A stretch of 61,763 nucleotides of DNA, filler included. It is 9 parts of 9 records of this genome, joined end to end, with 100 filler letters (N's around TTAATTAATTAA, not from the genome) between each part and the next. Parts side by side here need not be neighbours in the genome. Positions count along the whole stretch, not along the records: positions 35,562 to 44,766 come from DRR723986_150899; positions 44,867 to 50,210 come from DRR723986_151560; 7 more parts are not named here. One strand, given 5' to 3'. The position numbers were made by a program, and so were the translations under genes. Under the pieces are notes generated by a model. The model saw only the letters and a program-made list of their open reading frames with translations. It was not told the DNA's origin and made no database searches. This document shows positions 36,403 to 47,621 of this stretch, piece by piece. The stretch's first letter is position 1. Each line of letters opens with the position of its first letter.

Positions 36403-37293
36403 ATGAAAAATAGAAATTTATATCGCGGTATCCTTACCGTTTCAGCTTTTAGCCTACTGGTGAGCTGCGGCGGTGATGCAGATGGCGAAGAGGTGAACAA
36501 TATTAACATTGACACCACTTCAACCGAAGAAGTAATCACTTCATTAGAAGTAGAATACTCAGTTCCTACCCCAAATGAATTATTTGAGATTGTAAAACTA
36601 CAAGGTGGTGAGCAACAAGTAGGACTTGTAAATTCTCTAGATAATCGTGAAAATTATGTTGAGACTAAGGAAAAAGCAATAGCATTCGGTATTTATTCAG
36701 CTGACTTGGCTTATATGAGCTGTTTTGGTGTTGGAACTGAATTCTTAATGTATATGAAAACCATTGAAGAAATGGGTGATGAATTAGGAATTTCTGGAGC
36801 ATTTGATGAAGATTTAATGGATCGAATCGAGAGTAATGAAGGTGATACGGATTCCCTATTTGCAATTTCTAATGAAACCTATTACGATAGCTATTTATAT
36901 TTAGAAGAAAACGGTAAAGGAGCTGAGCTTTCTTTAATAATGGGTGCTGGATACATTGAAAGTCTTTATATCATCTGTAATCTGGTAAAAGAATTTAATG
37001 CAGAAGATCCAATCGTTGAAAAAATTGGTGACCAAAAATTAGTCCTTGAAAACTTATTAGAGTTTATTGCGACCTATCAAGATGATGAAGGTGTGGCTGA
37101 AATGACCAACGATATGATTTCGCTACAAGAGGTATTCGAGATCAGCATGGACTTTGAGGAGTCTGGTACGAACGTTGATAATAATGATGGGAAGTTAGTT
37201 CTTTCTGGTGGTGGTTCATTCGAAATGAATGCCAAAGCATTAGCAGATATTACTGCTAAAGTGACTGAACTAAGAGAAAAAATGATTAAATAA
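36403..37293 (+). CDS. Hypothetical acidic lipoprotein
   Basis: Lipobox LVSC; GIYSADL-x-Y and G-x-IESLY motifs. Confidence 0.75.
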   Translation: MKNRNLYRGILTVSAFSLLVSCGGDADGEEVNNINIDTTSTEEVITSLEVEYSVPTPNELFEIVKLQGGEQQVGLVNSLDNRENYVETKEKAIAFGIYSADLAYMSCFGVGTEFLMYMKTIEEMGDELGISGAFDEDLMDRIESNEGDTDSLFAISNETYYDSYLYLEENGKGAELSLIMGAGYIESLYIICNLVKEFNAEDPIVEKIGDQKLVLENLLEFIATYQDDEGVAEMTNDMISLQEVFEISMDFEESGTNVDNNDGKLVLSGGGSFEMNAKALADITAKVTELREKMIK

Positions 37294-37303
37294 AATTGGA
37301 ACT

Positions 37304-37834
37304 ATGAAAAGAGCATTAATAGTAGGGGTAGCGTTAATCGGATTTATTGCAATTCAAGCATATTCTCAGTGTCAAAAAACACATTATTTCTGTACAACAT
37401 TATTAGATAAAGAACAACAACAAGAGTTCTGGAATTTAAATAATCAATCAAAAAGCGCAACTTTCGAAAAAGGAAAAGTTTACAAAATGAGCTTCATTGC
37501 TTATAAGGGATTTGATTACAGAATTTCAGTATGTACTGATATAAAAGAGGGAGCTGATAAAGTTAGATTTGAATTGTTCCATGATGCTATCGTTAGAGTA
37601 AAAGACGAGTATGGCAACACAAACATTCAAAGAAAAAAGGAATCACTTTACTCGAATAAAGATGATAATTTAAGCCCAATGTTAGAGTTTACTGTGGATA
37701 AAACGAAGAAGTTTTACCTAGATGTAAATGTTCCAGCTTCAGGTGAAAGTAAAGACAGAAAATTAAGTAAAACAGATAACGTTTGCGTAGGTGTGCTTTT
37801 AGAGCATAAAAAAGCTGCAAAAATGGGATTCTAG
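37304..37834 (+). CDS. Hypothetical exported protein
   Basis: Signal peptide ending YSQC; Cys-containing beta domain. Confidence 0.75.
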   Translation: MKRALIVGVALIGFIAIQAYSQCQKTHYFCTTLLDKEQQQEFWNLNNQSKSATFEKGKVYKMSFIAYKGFDYRISVCTDIKEGADKVRFELFHDAIVRVKDEYGNTNIQRKKESLYSNKDDNLSPMLEFTVDKTKKFYLDVNVPASGESKDRKLSKTDNVCVGVLLEHKKAAKMGF

Positions 37835-37856
37835 TTATAGAATTATTTAAAAGACC

Positions 37857-37891
37857 AACCCTGACAACCCTATGTGGTGTCAGGGTTTTTT
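37857..37891 (+). terminator. Rho-independent terminator
   Basis: AACCCTGACA...TGTCAGGGTTTTTT. Confidence 0.7.
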
Positions 37892-37899
37892 AATTATTT

Positions 37900-38928
37900 A
37901 TGGGGATTACAAAAGAAAAAATAGAACAACTTCACGCTCAGATAGCAGGTGCGAAAAAAATAGTGATTACTGCTCATAAAAGTCCTGACGGAGATAGTAT
38001 AGGAAGTTCGCTTGGCCTTTATCATTATTTGAAACAAATTAATCCTAATGTTGTCATATGTCATCCAGACAAGGCGCCATATTTTTTACATTGGATGCCA
38101 GGATTTGATCAAATCATATCACTTGAAGAATCAAGTCAACTCGTTGAAGATTCATTTAAGTCGGCAGATTTAATATTTTGTTTGGACTATAATTCATCCA
38201 GTAGAATTGGAACAATGGAAAAACCATTGGTGGCTTCAAATGCATTTAAAGTGATGATAGATCACCATAGAGAACCAGATGAAAACTTCTGTGATTTAAT
38301 GTTTTCTGATATCACCTCTTGCTCAACTGCACAGTTGATTTACGAAATCATTGCAGAATCAAATCATTTGGATAAAATCATTAAAGAATCTGCCCAATGT
38401 CTTTATACTGGAATTGTAACCGATACCGGTTCGTTTAGATTCTCCTCTACCCTACCTAAAACGCACAGAATTGCAGCAGATCTATTATCTCGCAATATCA
38501 ATCATTCAGAAATTCATGAAAATACATACGACACCAATAGTTTAGACAGAATTAAATTGGTAAGCTTTGCATTACTTGAAAAGTTAGTGGTGTTAGACCA
38601 GTATCAGACGGCATACATTTCTTTAACAGCTAAAGAACAAGAACGCTTTAATGCAACAAAAGGTGATACTGAAGGGCTCGTTAACCAAGCATTAGCCATT
38701 CAAGGTGTGAGAATGGCCGTTTTTATGAAAGAATCTGATGGCATTGTTAAAATGAGCTTTAGATCTAAAGGAAAAATACCTGTGAGTGAAATGGCTAAGA
38801 ATAATTTCTCTGGTGGCGGCCATCTAAATGCTGCAGGTGGAAAATTTGTTGGAAACATGGAGAATGCCATTCAAAAGTTTGTAACAATTCTACCTAAATT
38901 CGTTGAAGAAAACAAAAGTTTGTTTTAA
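37900..38928 (+). CDS. nrnA: DHH-family oligoribonuclease/PAP phosphatase
   Basis: HKSPDGDSIGS, IDHH, TDTGSFRF, SFRS and GGGH-x-NAAG motifs. Confidence 0.92.
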   Translation: MGITKEKIEQLHAQIAGAKKIVITAHKSPDGDSIGSSLGLYHYLKQINPNVVICHPDKAPYFLHWMPGFDQIISLEESSQLVEDSFKSADLIFCLDYNSSSRIGTMEKPLVASNAFKVMIDHHREPDENFCDLMFSDITSCSTAQLIYEIIAESNHLDKIIKESAQCLYTGIVTDTGSFRFSSTLPKTHRIAADLLSRNINHSEIHENTYDTNSLDRIKLVSFALLEKLVVLDQYQTAYISLTAKEQERFNATKGDTEGLVNQALAIQGVRMAVFMKESDGIVKMSFRSKGKIPVSEMAKNNFSGGGHLNAAGGKFVGNMENAIQKFVTILPKFVEENKSLF

Positions 38929-39464
38929 TGAAACAAGTAGCAATCGCTTTATTTCTAGGATTAATAATCTTTTCTTGTAAAGAACAAAAAGTACAAGAAT
39001 TAGATCAAACCCCCAATTGGACGCAGGATGAGTCAATCAATATGAACTCAACCTTTGCTGAAGAAGAAGATCAGGAGATTGAAAACTTTCTAAAACACAG
39101 ACCAGATTGGAAAATGACCAAAACTGGAACCGGATTGAGGTATTTTATATACGCTAAATCTGGAAACACGGATACAGCAAGAGTTGGAGATCAGGTTTTG
39201 GTAGAATTTTCAATAGAATTATTAGACGGTACAGTATGCTATACCTCTGAAGAGAATGGTCCTGAAGGATTTATCGTTGAAAAGGCAGATATAGAATCAG
39301 GATTACACGAGGGAGTTCAAAAAATGTGTACAGGAGATAAAGCTAAATTCATTCTTCCCTCCCACATGGCACATGGTTTAATAGGTGATGAAGATAAAAT
39401 CCCACCTCTGAGCGCTGTCATCTATGATATCCATTTATTAGAAATTGCACATCAAGAAAATTAA
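38928..39464 (+). CDS. FKBP-type PPIase lipoprotein (GldI-like)
   Basis: Lipobox FSC; TGTGLRY, GLHEG and PSHMAHG...IPP motifs; follows nrnA. Confidence 0.85.
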   Translation: MKQVAIALFLGLIIFSCKEQKVQELDQTPNWTQDESINMNSTFAEEEDQEIENFLKHRPDWKMTKTGTGLRYFIYAKSGNTDTARVGDQVLVEFSIELLDGTVCYTSEENGPEGFIVEKADIESGLHEGVQKMCTGDKAKFILPSHMAHGLIGDEDKIPPLSAVIYDIHLLEIAHQEN

Positions 39465-39465
39465 T

Positions 39466-40329
39466 ATGACAAAATATTTTTCAATTTTATCATTGATCAT
39501 CTTAGCCAGCTGTCAATTAGAAGGTGTTGAAGATGCAGAAAACAACAACGAAGACATCATCATTAATGATGGGGCTGATTCAGTTGAAACTGATGAAGTA
39601 TTGATGCTACAAGACAGTATTGATGGCCAACTGAATGATATGGTTTTTCAAAAAGAAGATGGGTTAAGAGTTGAATGGGACATTAAAAATACAGAGAAAC
39701 AAATTCAGTTGAATGATGTGGTAATGGTGAACTATACGGCGCGAGTTGCCGCCGGAGAGGTCTATGACTCAAACAAAGAATTAGGCGAACCTGTTCCATT
39801 AAAAACAAACATTGGAATGATGCTTCCTGGATGGGAAACAGGCATGTTAGAGATGCACGAAGGAGACAAGGGAAGAATAATGATTCCAGCCGCACAAGCT
39901 TATGGAGAAGATGGCTATTTAACAATTGTTCCTCCAAAAGCAGACATCATTGTGGATATTGAAATCGTTTCGATTGTGAAACCAATCACTTTAGAAAGAG
40001 GTGTGAAAGTATATAAATGGAAAACGAAACCTGCCGGGAAAAACCCTACCAAAAATCAACTTATCACTTTCGATTACTTTGCTTATAAAAAAGGAAAAGA
40101 AGCTGGAATGTATGATAATTCCTATCAAAATGAGGCTCCATTTAGTTTTAAATTTGAAAATGCGGGTGTAGTGGATGGGTTGCATATTGGCATGCAAGTG
40201 ATGAAAGCAGGTGAAAACGCTTTTATTGAAATTCCTGCAAAAGCTGCCTATGGTTCTAAAGGCCTTATAGATCATGTTCCGGCGAACACTGATATAGTGT
40301 ATGACGTTCGAATTGAGTCAATTCTATAA
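39466..40329 (+). CDS. Two-domain FKBP-type PPIase lipoprotein
   Basis: Lipobox LASC from the ATG at 39466; two FKBP domains (IPAAQAYG, IPAKAAYG). Confidence 0.88.
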   Translation: MTKYFSILSLIILASCQLEGVEDAENNNEDIIINDGADSVETDEVLMLQDSIDGQLNDMVFQKEDGLRVEWDIKNTEKQIQLNDVVMVNYTARVAAGEVYDSNKELGEPVPLKTNIGMMLPGWETGMLEMHEGDKGRIMIPAAQAYGEDGYLTIVPPKADIIVDIEIVSIVKPITLERGVKVYKWKTKPAGKNPTKNQLITFDYFAYKKGKEAGMYDNSYQNEAPFSFKFENAGVVDGLHIGMQVMKAGENAFIEIPAKAAYGSKGLIDHVPANTDIVYDVRIESIL

Positions 40330-40472
40330 TTTTTTTCTATTCTAGACAACCCTTTAATTTTTGCTTTGTATTTAATACGAACATGCAAAGAAAATTAAAT
40401 GAAACAACCAATTTGACTTAGAATACGACTTAATAGTAATTAATTCGTATTCATTACAATCCAGCTGACCAC

Positions 40473-41027
40473 TTGGATAAACAAAAGCTCATAAAAAAGT
40501 TCGTTAAAGGGAACAAGCGCGCATTTGATAAAATATACGCCGATTACTGTGATGGAATGTACAGTATATGCTTGCGGTACACGAATAATTCTGATGAGGC
40601 GGCCGATATTTTGCAAGACGCATTTATCCGAATTTATGAGAAAAGAGAACTGTTTGATGTTGAATCACAACTTGGACCTTGGATCAAGAGAATTGTAATC
40701 AATACTGCCATCAATCACTATAGAGTCAATAAAAAATTTGAATTGGTTGAGGATGAAAGTTATTTTGAAGAAGAAGATGAACAAACAGTTTCTGTTCAAG
40801 AAAACAAAAATTTAAAATCTGTACTCAGTGAATGTATCGAAGAATTGCCCCCAGGATACAAAGCTGTTTTCAACATGTATGTTTTAGATAATTTGACGCA
40901 TAAAGAAATTGCTGAATTTTTAAATGTGAGTATTAACACCTCTAAAACTCAGCTTTCAAAGGCACGGAAAATGCTAAAATTAAAGTTAGAGGAGAAGAAC
41001 ATAACTAGTAGCAAGGTTGAACTATGA
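40473..41027 (+). CDS. ECF RNA polymerase sigma factor
   Basis: DILQDAFIRI, WIKRI, LPPGYKAVF and HKEIA...SKTQLSKAR motifs. Confidence 0.93.
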   Translation: MDKQKLIKKFVKGNKRAFDKIYADYCDGMYSICLRYTNNSDEAADILQDAFIRIYEKRELFDVESQLGPWIKRIVINTAINHYRVNKKFELVEDESYFEEEDEQTVSVQENKNLKSVLSECIEELPPGYKAVFNMYVLDNLTHKEIAEFLNVSINTSKTQLSKARKMLKLKLEEKNITSSKVEL

Positions 41028-42595
41028 GTAAGGAATACAAAAATATTGACGAATTGTTCAAAGCTGAATTGGGGCAAAATTCAGCTAAGGCACCTGCTTA
41101 TGTCAAAACGAATATTGATAAAGCCATCACAGGTAAATCTATTAAGTGGATATTCTTCTTGATTCCTGCGGTTTTATTGTCTGTAGCTTCACCAATTTAC
41201 TTTTGGGATAACAATATAGAAATCAATACTGCTGGTCGTGTGACGCATACAAACAATGAAAATTTTGCTCACGTATCCAATCAAAATCCGTCTTCCACTG
41301 AAGCCTCAACAACTATTAGTGTTCAGCCCAACTCTGATGCACCCAACAGTAATCTCAATCCTTCTAATTCTACAGAAAATGTACAACAAACTAATTCAGT
41401 TGTTTTAAATAATAATAAACAATTCACAGTAAAACCAACACCTGAGAATTTGAATGGATCAAACAAGTCAGTCAACAATGTAGAATCAAAACAGCTAATC
41501 AATCCAACAAAAAATGATTTTACCACGTCCAATTCTGTTAAGCTCAATTTAAGTGATTCTAAACTGAAATCAATGAGTGACAGCATTGCAATAACTGATC
41601 AAACCACGGATCTTGCCAATAATGACAATAAACTGAGCGAAAACAAAACTCAAAATTTGATTGACAAACAATTCATTGATACAACCAATATTTACAAATC
41701 TGCAATTGACTCAACAAAAACAGACAGAGAAATTATCCAACCTGAAAAAATAGACAGCACACAAATTAAAGATGAAATAGCGTTAATTGATTCAAGTTCG
41801 ACAAAAGAAGAAACGGATACTTCAGCTACTGTTGAAATAATCAAAGAAGATCCTAAAGCAAAGAATTGGGCAATTGACGTTCAAGCATTCGGCGGATTGG
41901 ACTTTTTACAATCCAAGTTCACGTCTATTAGTCCAGAGGCTGTAACAAATTTCGATAACAATAAAATAAAACAAATGTCTAGCCATTTTGGATTAGCTGG
42001 GTTCTTGAATTATAAAAACATTTCTTTAGGAACAGGAGCATCATTTTACAGCCTGAGTGATGAAGCTGAATACAATTTTTATAATTACTCAAACACTCCA
42101 ATGGATTCAACTCAGACTTCATTTTTTTATGTCCCTATCTATGACAGTACAGGCATGCAAATCGATTCCACCCTTGATTCAACAAGCACCACCTATAATT
42201 ATACCGTACTAGATTCTTCGGCTACAAGCTCTCAAGTGAGTAATGTGTATAAAATTATCTCTATCCCTTTGTCTTTAGGGTATACGTTTAACTTTTCTTC
42301 ATGGGCAATTAAACCAAGAATATCGGGGATTTTTGAATTTACGAGACAATCTACTACAGGAAACTATCCTGTATTAGGTGCCGGAAATTCAAGTCTAGAT
42401 CAACTTCAAAGTTTAAAGTTTGGCTTTTCATTAGGCCTTGATTTGGAAGTGAGAAAATACTTTGGTCAATTCTATGCCCTTATGAGACCCGGCTACAGGA
42501 TAAAACTTACCAATACTGCTAATAGTCCTAATTCAGGAATAAAACATAACGCTTTTAACGCAGTTATAGGTGTGGGTTATCACTTTGGTAGATAA
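41024..42595 (+). CDS. Putative anti-sigma-like membrane protein with low-complexity linker and C-terminal beta-barrel
   Basis: Overlaps the ECF stop; IDELFK N-terminus, TM helix, N/S/T-rich linker, beta strands ending in GYHF. Confidence 0.7.
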   Translation: MSKEYKNIDELFKAELGQNSAKAPAYVKTNIDKAITGKSIKWIFFLIPAVLLSVASPIYFWDNNIEINTAGRVTHTNNENFAHVSNQNPSSTEASTTISVQPNSDAPNSNLNPSNSTENVQQTNSVVLNNNKQFTVKPTPENLNGSNKSVNNVESKQLINPTKNDFTTSNSVKLNLSDSKLKSMSDSIAITDQTTDLANNDNKLSENKTQNLIDKQFIDTTNIYKSAIDSTKTDREIIQPEKIDSTQIKDEIALIDSSSTKEETDTSATVEIIKEDPKAKNWAIDVQAFGGLDFLQSKFTSISPEAVTNFDNNKIKQMSSHFGLAGFLNYKNISLGTGASFYSLSDEAEYNFYNYSNTPMDSTQTSFFYVPIYDSTGMQIDSTLDSTSTTYNYTVLDSSATSSQVSNVYKIISIPLSLGYTFNFSSWAIKPRISGIFEFTRQSTTGNYPVLGAGNSSLDQLQSLKFGFSLGLDLEVRKYFGQFYALMRPGYRIKLTNTANSPNSGIKHNAFNAVIGVGYHFGR

Positions 42596-42721
42596 GCTGA
42601 TAATCCGAATCATCTGATTCACTTGTTCATTCCAAATTAAAGAAAACTACTTTTTTTTAAAGAATCCGTATTTTAATCAAACCAAAACTTGATAAGTCGC
42701 GTTTTATAAAAAAAAGACTCT

Positions 42722-43249
42722 ATGATTAAATATATTGGAATAGGAATACTTGTTATTGGATTAACGTCTTGCAAAAAAGTTGCAAAATTCACGCAATTCG
42801 ACATGGAATTTGAAAATGAATGTGTAATCCCAAGCTCTACAGGAGTCAGCCTTCCCTTAGATATAATTACCCCCGATACAGAAACTAATTCAGAATCGAC
42901 TTTCGCGGTAAACGATACCAGGAAAGATAAAATTGAAGAAATTACCCTTACAGAGTTGGACATGACAATTACTTCACCAAATGGCCAAGATTTTAGTTTT
43001 TTAGAAAGTATAAATTTATACTTAAATGCAGATGGCTTAGATGAAGTCTTAATAGCTTGGAAAAACCCCGTTCCTCAAAGCGCTACAACATTGGTGTTAG
43101 AAACGACAGAATTGGATATGAAGGAATACATTAAGAAAGATGAATTTACTTTACGAATTAACTGTACAACGGACGAAGTTATTACAAGTGATCATCATTT
43201 AAACGTACGATCGAAGTACTTTGTAGACGCCGAAATCCTTGGCCAGTAA
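42722..43249 (+). CDS. Hypothetical lipoprotein
   Basis: Lipobox LTSC. Confidence 0.75.
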   Translation: MIKYIGIGILVIGLTSCKKVAKFTQFDMEFENECVIPSSTGVSLPLDIITPDTETNSESTFAVNDTRKDKIEEITLTELDMTITSPNGQDFSFLESINLYLNADGLDEVLIAWKNPVPQSATTLVLETTELDMKEYIKKDEFTLRINCTTDEVITSDHHLNVRSKYFVDAEILGQ

Positions 43250-43356
43250 AACAACTATCTGACAAGTATAAAATTTACTAAAACGTTCAGATTATCATTT
43301 TGTAGGAGATTATTGGCTTTGTATTATTGTTGAAGTATTCATTCAAACTCAAACTT

Positions 43357-44766
43357 ATGAACTTCAAACAATACTTCTATTTATCAATTTTCATATTACC
43401 CTTCAGTGGATTATGCCAAAACACCGAATATATTGACGGTAATAATGTCAAAGCGCTATTAACAGACGAAGGCCTCTATTTCCAAGATCCCGGAGCAACA
43501 GCCTCTTACGAATACCCTAAAGACTCAAGTAGATTTGTGGCTTACGCCATGGCTTATTGGATGGGAGGAAAAGACATTAACGGACAATTAAAGTTAGCTG
43601 CTAACACATTTGGTTCGGGAGGTTCAAAAGATTATTTCCGAGGGCCTATTGCAGACGATTATAATAGTTCACACTACACCTCAACTTATGCGAGTGCTAT
43701 CTGGAAGATAAGTCGAGATGAAATTAATTATCACGTAGGTAATTATACAGCAGTGGGATACACGCCAATCCCGGCGATTGCTAATTGGCCAGGAAACGGA
43801 AATACCTCAGAAGGGATTGCGGCTCAATTGGCTCCCTATGTGGATGTGAATAATGATCAAATCTATAACCCAATGGACGGAGATCATCCTTATATTCAAG
43901 GCGATCAAGCAGTATATACAATTATGAATGACGCTGCAGGAATACATACTGAATCAGGAGGTGATCCACTTGGTGTAGAAGTACATTCTATGTTTTATCA
44001 ATTTCAAACAACGGATGATATCAATAATACTACTTTCTTAAACGTTAGAGTAATAAACCGTTCAACAGTAGAACTTTACGATTATTATATGGGGATTTGG
44101 ACGGATAATGATATTGGCCTAGGGTCAAATGATTACGTTGGATGTGATAGTACAAGAGACCTCATGTACACATTTAATGGTACTAGCCATGATGCTGGCG
44201 GAGCAGGGCAATCTCCATATTTATACAATACACCTGCCTTCGGGTTGAAAGGATTAAATGAAAATATGTATGCATCTGTCTACTATGATAACGGTGGAGG
44301 AGCTGTTAGAGGAGACCCTCAAACTGCACCTCAATTTTATCAATATTTGAATGCAAAATGGCTGAACGGTCAGCATTTCACTTACGGAGGTTCAGGTGTT
44401 AATCCTGGAAATCCACAAACTAATTATTGTTATTCTGGAAATCCTTACACACAAACAGGATGGACCGAAGCGAGTATACCCAACCCTGCCGGTGATAGAA
44501 GATCCATGTCTTCGTTTGGTCCCTACACGTTTAGTCCGGATCAGGAAATCTGTTTTGATTTTGCTTTCATTGTAAATAATGACTCTACTAATAATGCTTC
44601 CAACGTAAATAATCTATTCAGTACGGCCGATTTCGTACAGGATTTCTATGACAATAACATTCAACCCTGCAGTCAAATTTTCTTGGGTCAATCAGAATTG
44701 GATGAACAACTAGATCTCACCATATACCCTAACCCATCAAATGGTTCATTCACTGTTCAATCAAAT
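43357..44766 (+). CDS. T9SS type-A CTD protein (3'-truncated)
   Basis: Signal peptide; WPGNG, APYVDVN and GDRR motifs; IYPNP CTD start cut by the linker. Confidence 0.82.
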
Positions 44767-44867
44767 NNNNNNNNNNNNNNNNNNNNNNNNNNNNNNNNNN
44801 NNNNNNNNNNTTAATTAATTAANNNNNNNNNNNNNNNNNNNNNNNNNNNNNNNNNNNNNNNNNNNNA

Positions 44868-45926
44868 ACTGGTAAAACAACAGTTTGTATTGATACGATC
44901 TTAAATCAAAAAGAATTTTACGATGCAGGTGAGCCTGTATATTGTATATATGTTGCTGTTGGTCAAAAAGCATCAACTGTAGCAAACATTGCAAAAACCT
45001 TAGAAGAAAGAGGAGCATTAGCTTATACAACGATTGTAGCGGCTAACGCATCAGATCCAGCAGCAATGCAGGTATATGCACCAATGACAGGAGCTTCTAT
45101 TGGAGAGTATTTTAGAGATACTGGTAGACCAGCCTTAATCATTTATGATGATTTATCTAAGCAAGCAGTTGCTTACCGTGAGGTGTCATTATTATTACGT
45201 CGTCCTCCAGGACGTGAGGCGTATCCTGGTGATGTATTTTACTTACACTCAAGATTATTAGAGCGTTCTGCTAAGGTTATCAATGACGATTCAATTGCAA
45301 AAGAAATGAATGATTTACCAGAAAGCCTTAAGCCTATGGTAAAAGGTGGTGGTTCTTTAACTGCATTACCAATCATTGAAACTCAGGCAGGTGACGTTTC
45401 TGCATATATCCCAACTAACGTAATTTCTATTACAGATGGTCAGATTTTCTTAGATGGTGATTTATTTAACTCTGGTGTTCGCCCGGCAATTAACGTAGGT
45501 ATCTCTGTATCTCGTGTAGGCGGTAACGCTCAGATTAAATCCATGAAGAAAGTATCTGGTACATTAAAATTAGACCAGGCGCAATTCCGTGAATTAGAAG
45601 CCTTTGCTAAGTTTGGTTCAGATTTAGATGCATCTACTTTAAATGTAATTGAAAAAGGTAAGCGTAATGTTGAGATCTTAAAGCAAGCCCAAAATGATCC
45701 GTTTACAGTAGAAGATCAGATTGCGATTATCTATGCAGGTTCTAAGAACTTATTAAAAGATGTACCTGTAGATAAGGTAAAAGAGTTTGAAAGAGATTAT
45801 GTAGAGTTCTTAAATGCAAAACATAGAGGAACTTTAGATACACTTAAGTCAGGTAAATTAACAGATGAGGTTATTGATACATTAACAAATGTAGCAAAAG
45901 ACCTTACTGGAAAGTATAGAGCTTAA
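44868..45926 (+). CDS. atpA: F0F1 ATP synthase subunit alpha (5'-truncated)
   Basis: Starts at the Walker A remnant [24 protein letters not shown] and [10 protein letters not shown] motifs. Confidence 0.97.
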   Translation, partial: TGKTTVCIDTILNQKEFYDAGEPVYCIYVAVGQKASTVANIAKTLEERGALAYTTIVAANASDPAAMQVYAPMTGASIGEYFRDTGRPALIIYDDLSKQAVAYREVSLLLRRPPGREAYPGDVFYLHSRLLERSAKVINDDSIAKEMNDLPESLKPMVKGGGSLTALPIIETQAGDVSAYIPTNVISITDGQIFLDGDLFNSGVRPAINVGISVSRVGGNAQIKSMKKVSGTLKLDQAQFRELEAFAKFGSDLDASTLNVIEKGKRNVEILKQAQNDPFTVEDQIAIIYAGSKNLLKDVPVDKVKEFERDYVEFLNAKHRGTLDTLKSGKLTDEVIDTLTNVAKDLTGKYRA

Positions 45927-45980
45927 TAATTAATTTAATGTCACTCTTAGAGTAGTCTTAGAGTCTTTATAACATAAAGA

Positions 45981-46841
45981 ATGGCAAACTTAAAAGAAAT
46001 ACGTAACAGAATATCTTCAGTATCTTCAACGATGCAGATTACCAGTGCCATGAAGATGGTGTCTGCTGCAAAGTTAAAGAAAGCTCAAGATGCTATTACT
46101 GCAATGCGTCCTTACTCTAATAAGTTAACTGAATTACTTCAGAGTTTAAGCGCAACTTTAGACGCAGATTCTGGTAGTAAATATTCTGTACAGAGAGAGG
46201 TAAATAATGTTTTAATAGTTGCTATTACTTCAAATAGAGGTTTATGTGGCGCTTTTAATTCTAATATCATTAAGCAGGCTAATGCATTAATTGAAGACGT
46301 ATATTCAGATAAAAATGTATCAGTTTTAGCAATTGGTAAAAAAGCTAATGATGCTTTCTCTAAGCAAGACAGAGTTATTGCTAATAAAAGTGAAGTTTTT
46401 GATGATTTAACTTTTGACAACGTTGCTGAAATAGCAGAGATGTTAATGCAAAAATTTGTTGAAGGTGAGTTTGATAAAATTGAACTTGTGTACAATAGTT
46501 TTAAGAATGCAGCAACTCAAATAGTAATGACTGAACAATTTTTACCAATTGTACCAGTTGAAAGTGATGCCAATGTAAATCTAGATTACATATTTGAGCC
46601 ATCTAAGCAAGAGATTGTTGAGACATTAATTCCTAAGTCTCTAAAAACTCAACTGTTCAAAGGTGTTAGAGATTCATTTGCATCAGAACATGGCGCTCGT
46701 ATGACGGCAATGCATAAAGCAACAGATAATGCAACTGAATTACGTGATCAATTAAAACTAACATACAATAAAGCACGTCAGGCAGCGATTACTAATGAAA
46801 TTTTAGAAATTGTTGGCGGTGCAGAAGCATTGAACAATTAG
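45981..46841 (+). CDS. atpG: F0F1 ATP synthase subunit gamma
   Basis: QITSAMKMV, RGLCG and SEHGARMTAM...RQAAITNEILEI motifs. Confidence 0.97.
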   Translation: MANLKEIRNRISSVSSTMQITSAMKMVSAAKLKKAQDAITAMRPYSNKLTELLQSLSATLDADSGSKYSVQREVNNVLIVAITSNRGLCGAFNSNIIKQANALIEDVYSDKNVSVLAIGKKANDAFSKQDRVIANKSEVFDDLTFDNVAEIAEMLMQKFVEGEFDKIELVYNSFKNAATQIVMTEQFLPIVPVESDANVNLDYIFEPSKQEIVETLIPKSLKTQLFKGVRDSFASEHGARMTAMHKATDNATELRDQLKLTYNKARQAAITNEILEIVGGAEALNN

Positions 46842-46862
46842 GCACAAGCCAAATGTTAAAAT

Positions 46863-46886
46863 GGTGCTGAGGCATTGAATAATTAG
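46863..46886 (+). repeat. Duplicated atpG 3' end (GAEALNN*)
   Basis: 21/24 nt identical to 46818-46841; all three mismatches are synonymous. Confidence 0.8.
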
Positions 46887-46920
46887 AATATTTGCTGTTA
46901 AACTCAGCTAACAATAAATT

Positions 46921-46952
46921 AAAAATCCCTGCTCTAAAAGCAGGGTTTTTTT
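46921..46952 (+). terminator. Rho-independent terminator of the atp operon
   Basis: CCCTGCT-CTAAA-AGCAGGG followed by a T run. Confidence 0.8.
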
Positions 46953-47005
46953 ATACATGAAATTTAGATTTATTAACTTTGAGAATCAAGCCTTAATTCT
47001 CAACA

Positions 47006-47485
47006 ATGAAGAAGTTTATTTCTGTTTTAGTATTATTTAGTTTTACAATAACTCTGTTTTACTGTTCTAGCTCTAAATATAAACTTCAAAAAGACTCAGT
47101 ACTTTCACCAAGTGGTCTATATTTTCAAACCTGGACAGCCGGAATAAAGGATGGAGGAACAGGCTATCATATATACTTTCCAAATTTAAATCCTGATGAA
47201 AAAGTTACAATGGATAGTGTTTATTTTAGAGGCTTAAAAGCTAAACTCGTAAAGGCTACAGCAATGTATAAAGCACAATTAAAAAATCCATCACCATATG
47301 ATAGAGATATGAGTATAGAGGCCGCAAACAAAAAGGAAGAAAAACCCTTTTTCCCGTTTGAATTAAATAGAATGGAATGTGTTCTGAGTTATATAGAAGA
47401 AGGCGAAACCAAGTATCTAAAAATATCTAACTTAAGAGAAAAAGAAGGGGTGTATTATCCTCAAGGAGCTCTTAATTCTCAGTAA
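47006..47485 (+). CDS. Hypothetical lipoprotein
   Basis: Signal peptide ending FYC; paralog of the next gene. Confidence 0.75.
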   Translation: MKKFISVLVLFSFTITLFYCSSSKYKLQKDSVLSPSGLYFQTWTAGIKDGGTGYHIYFPNLNPDEKVTMDSVYFRGLKAKLVKATAMYKAQLKNPSPYDRDMSIEAANKKEEKPFFPFELNRMECVLSYIEEGETKYLKISNLREKEGVYYPQGALNSQ

Positions 47486-47621
47486 TAATCTCTAATTTAT
47501 AGAATTAAATAACGAGCCTGAGTCATTTCATTTCATGTATTTTATCGATTAAATACATATAATACCGTTTAAAAGAATAATATTACATATATTGTTTGCC
47601 TTAACCTTAACCTACCATGTT

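Noticed and set aside
44815-45030. Minus-strand ORF running into Ns
   Set aside because: Antisense shadow of atpA crossing a linker.
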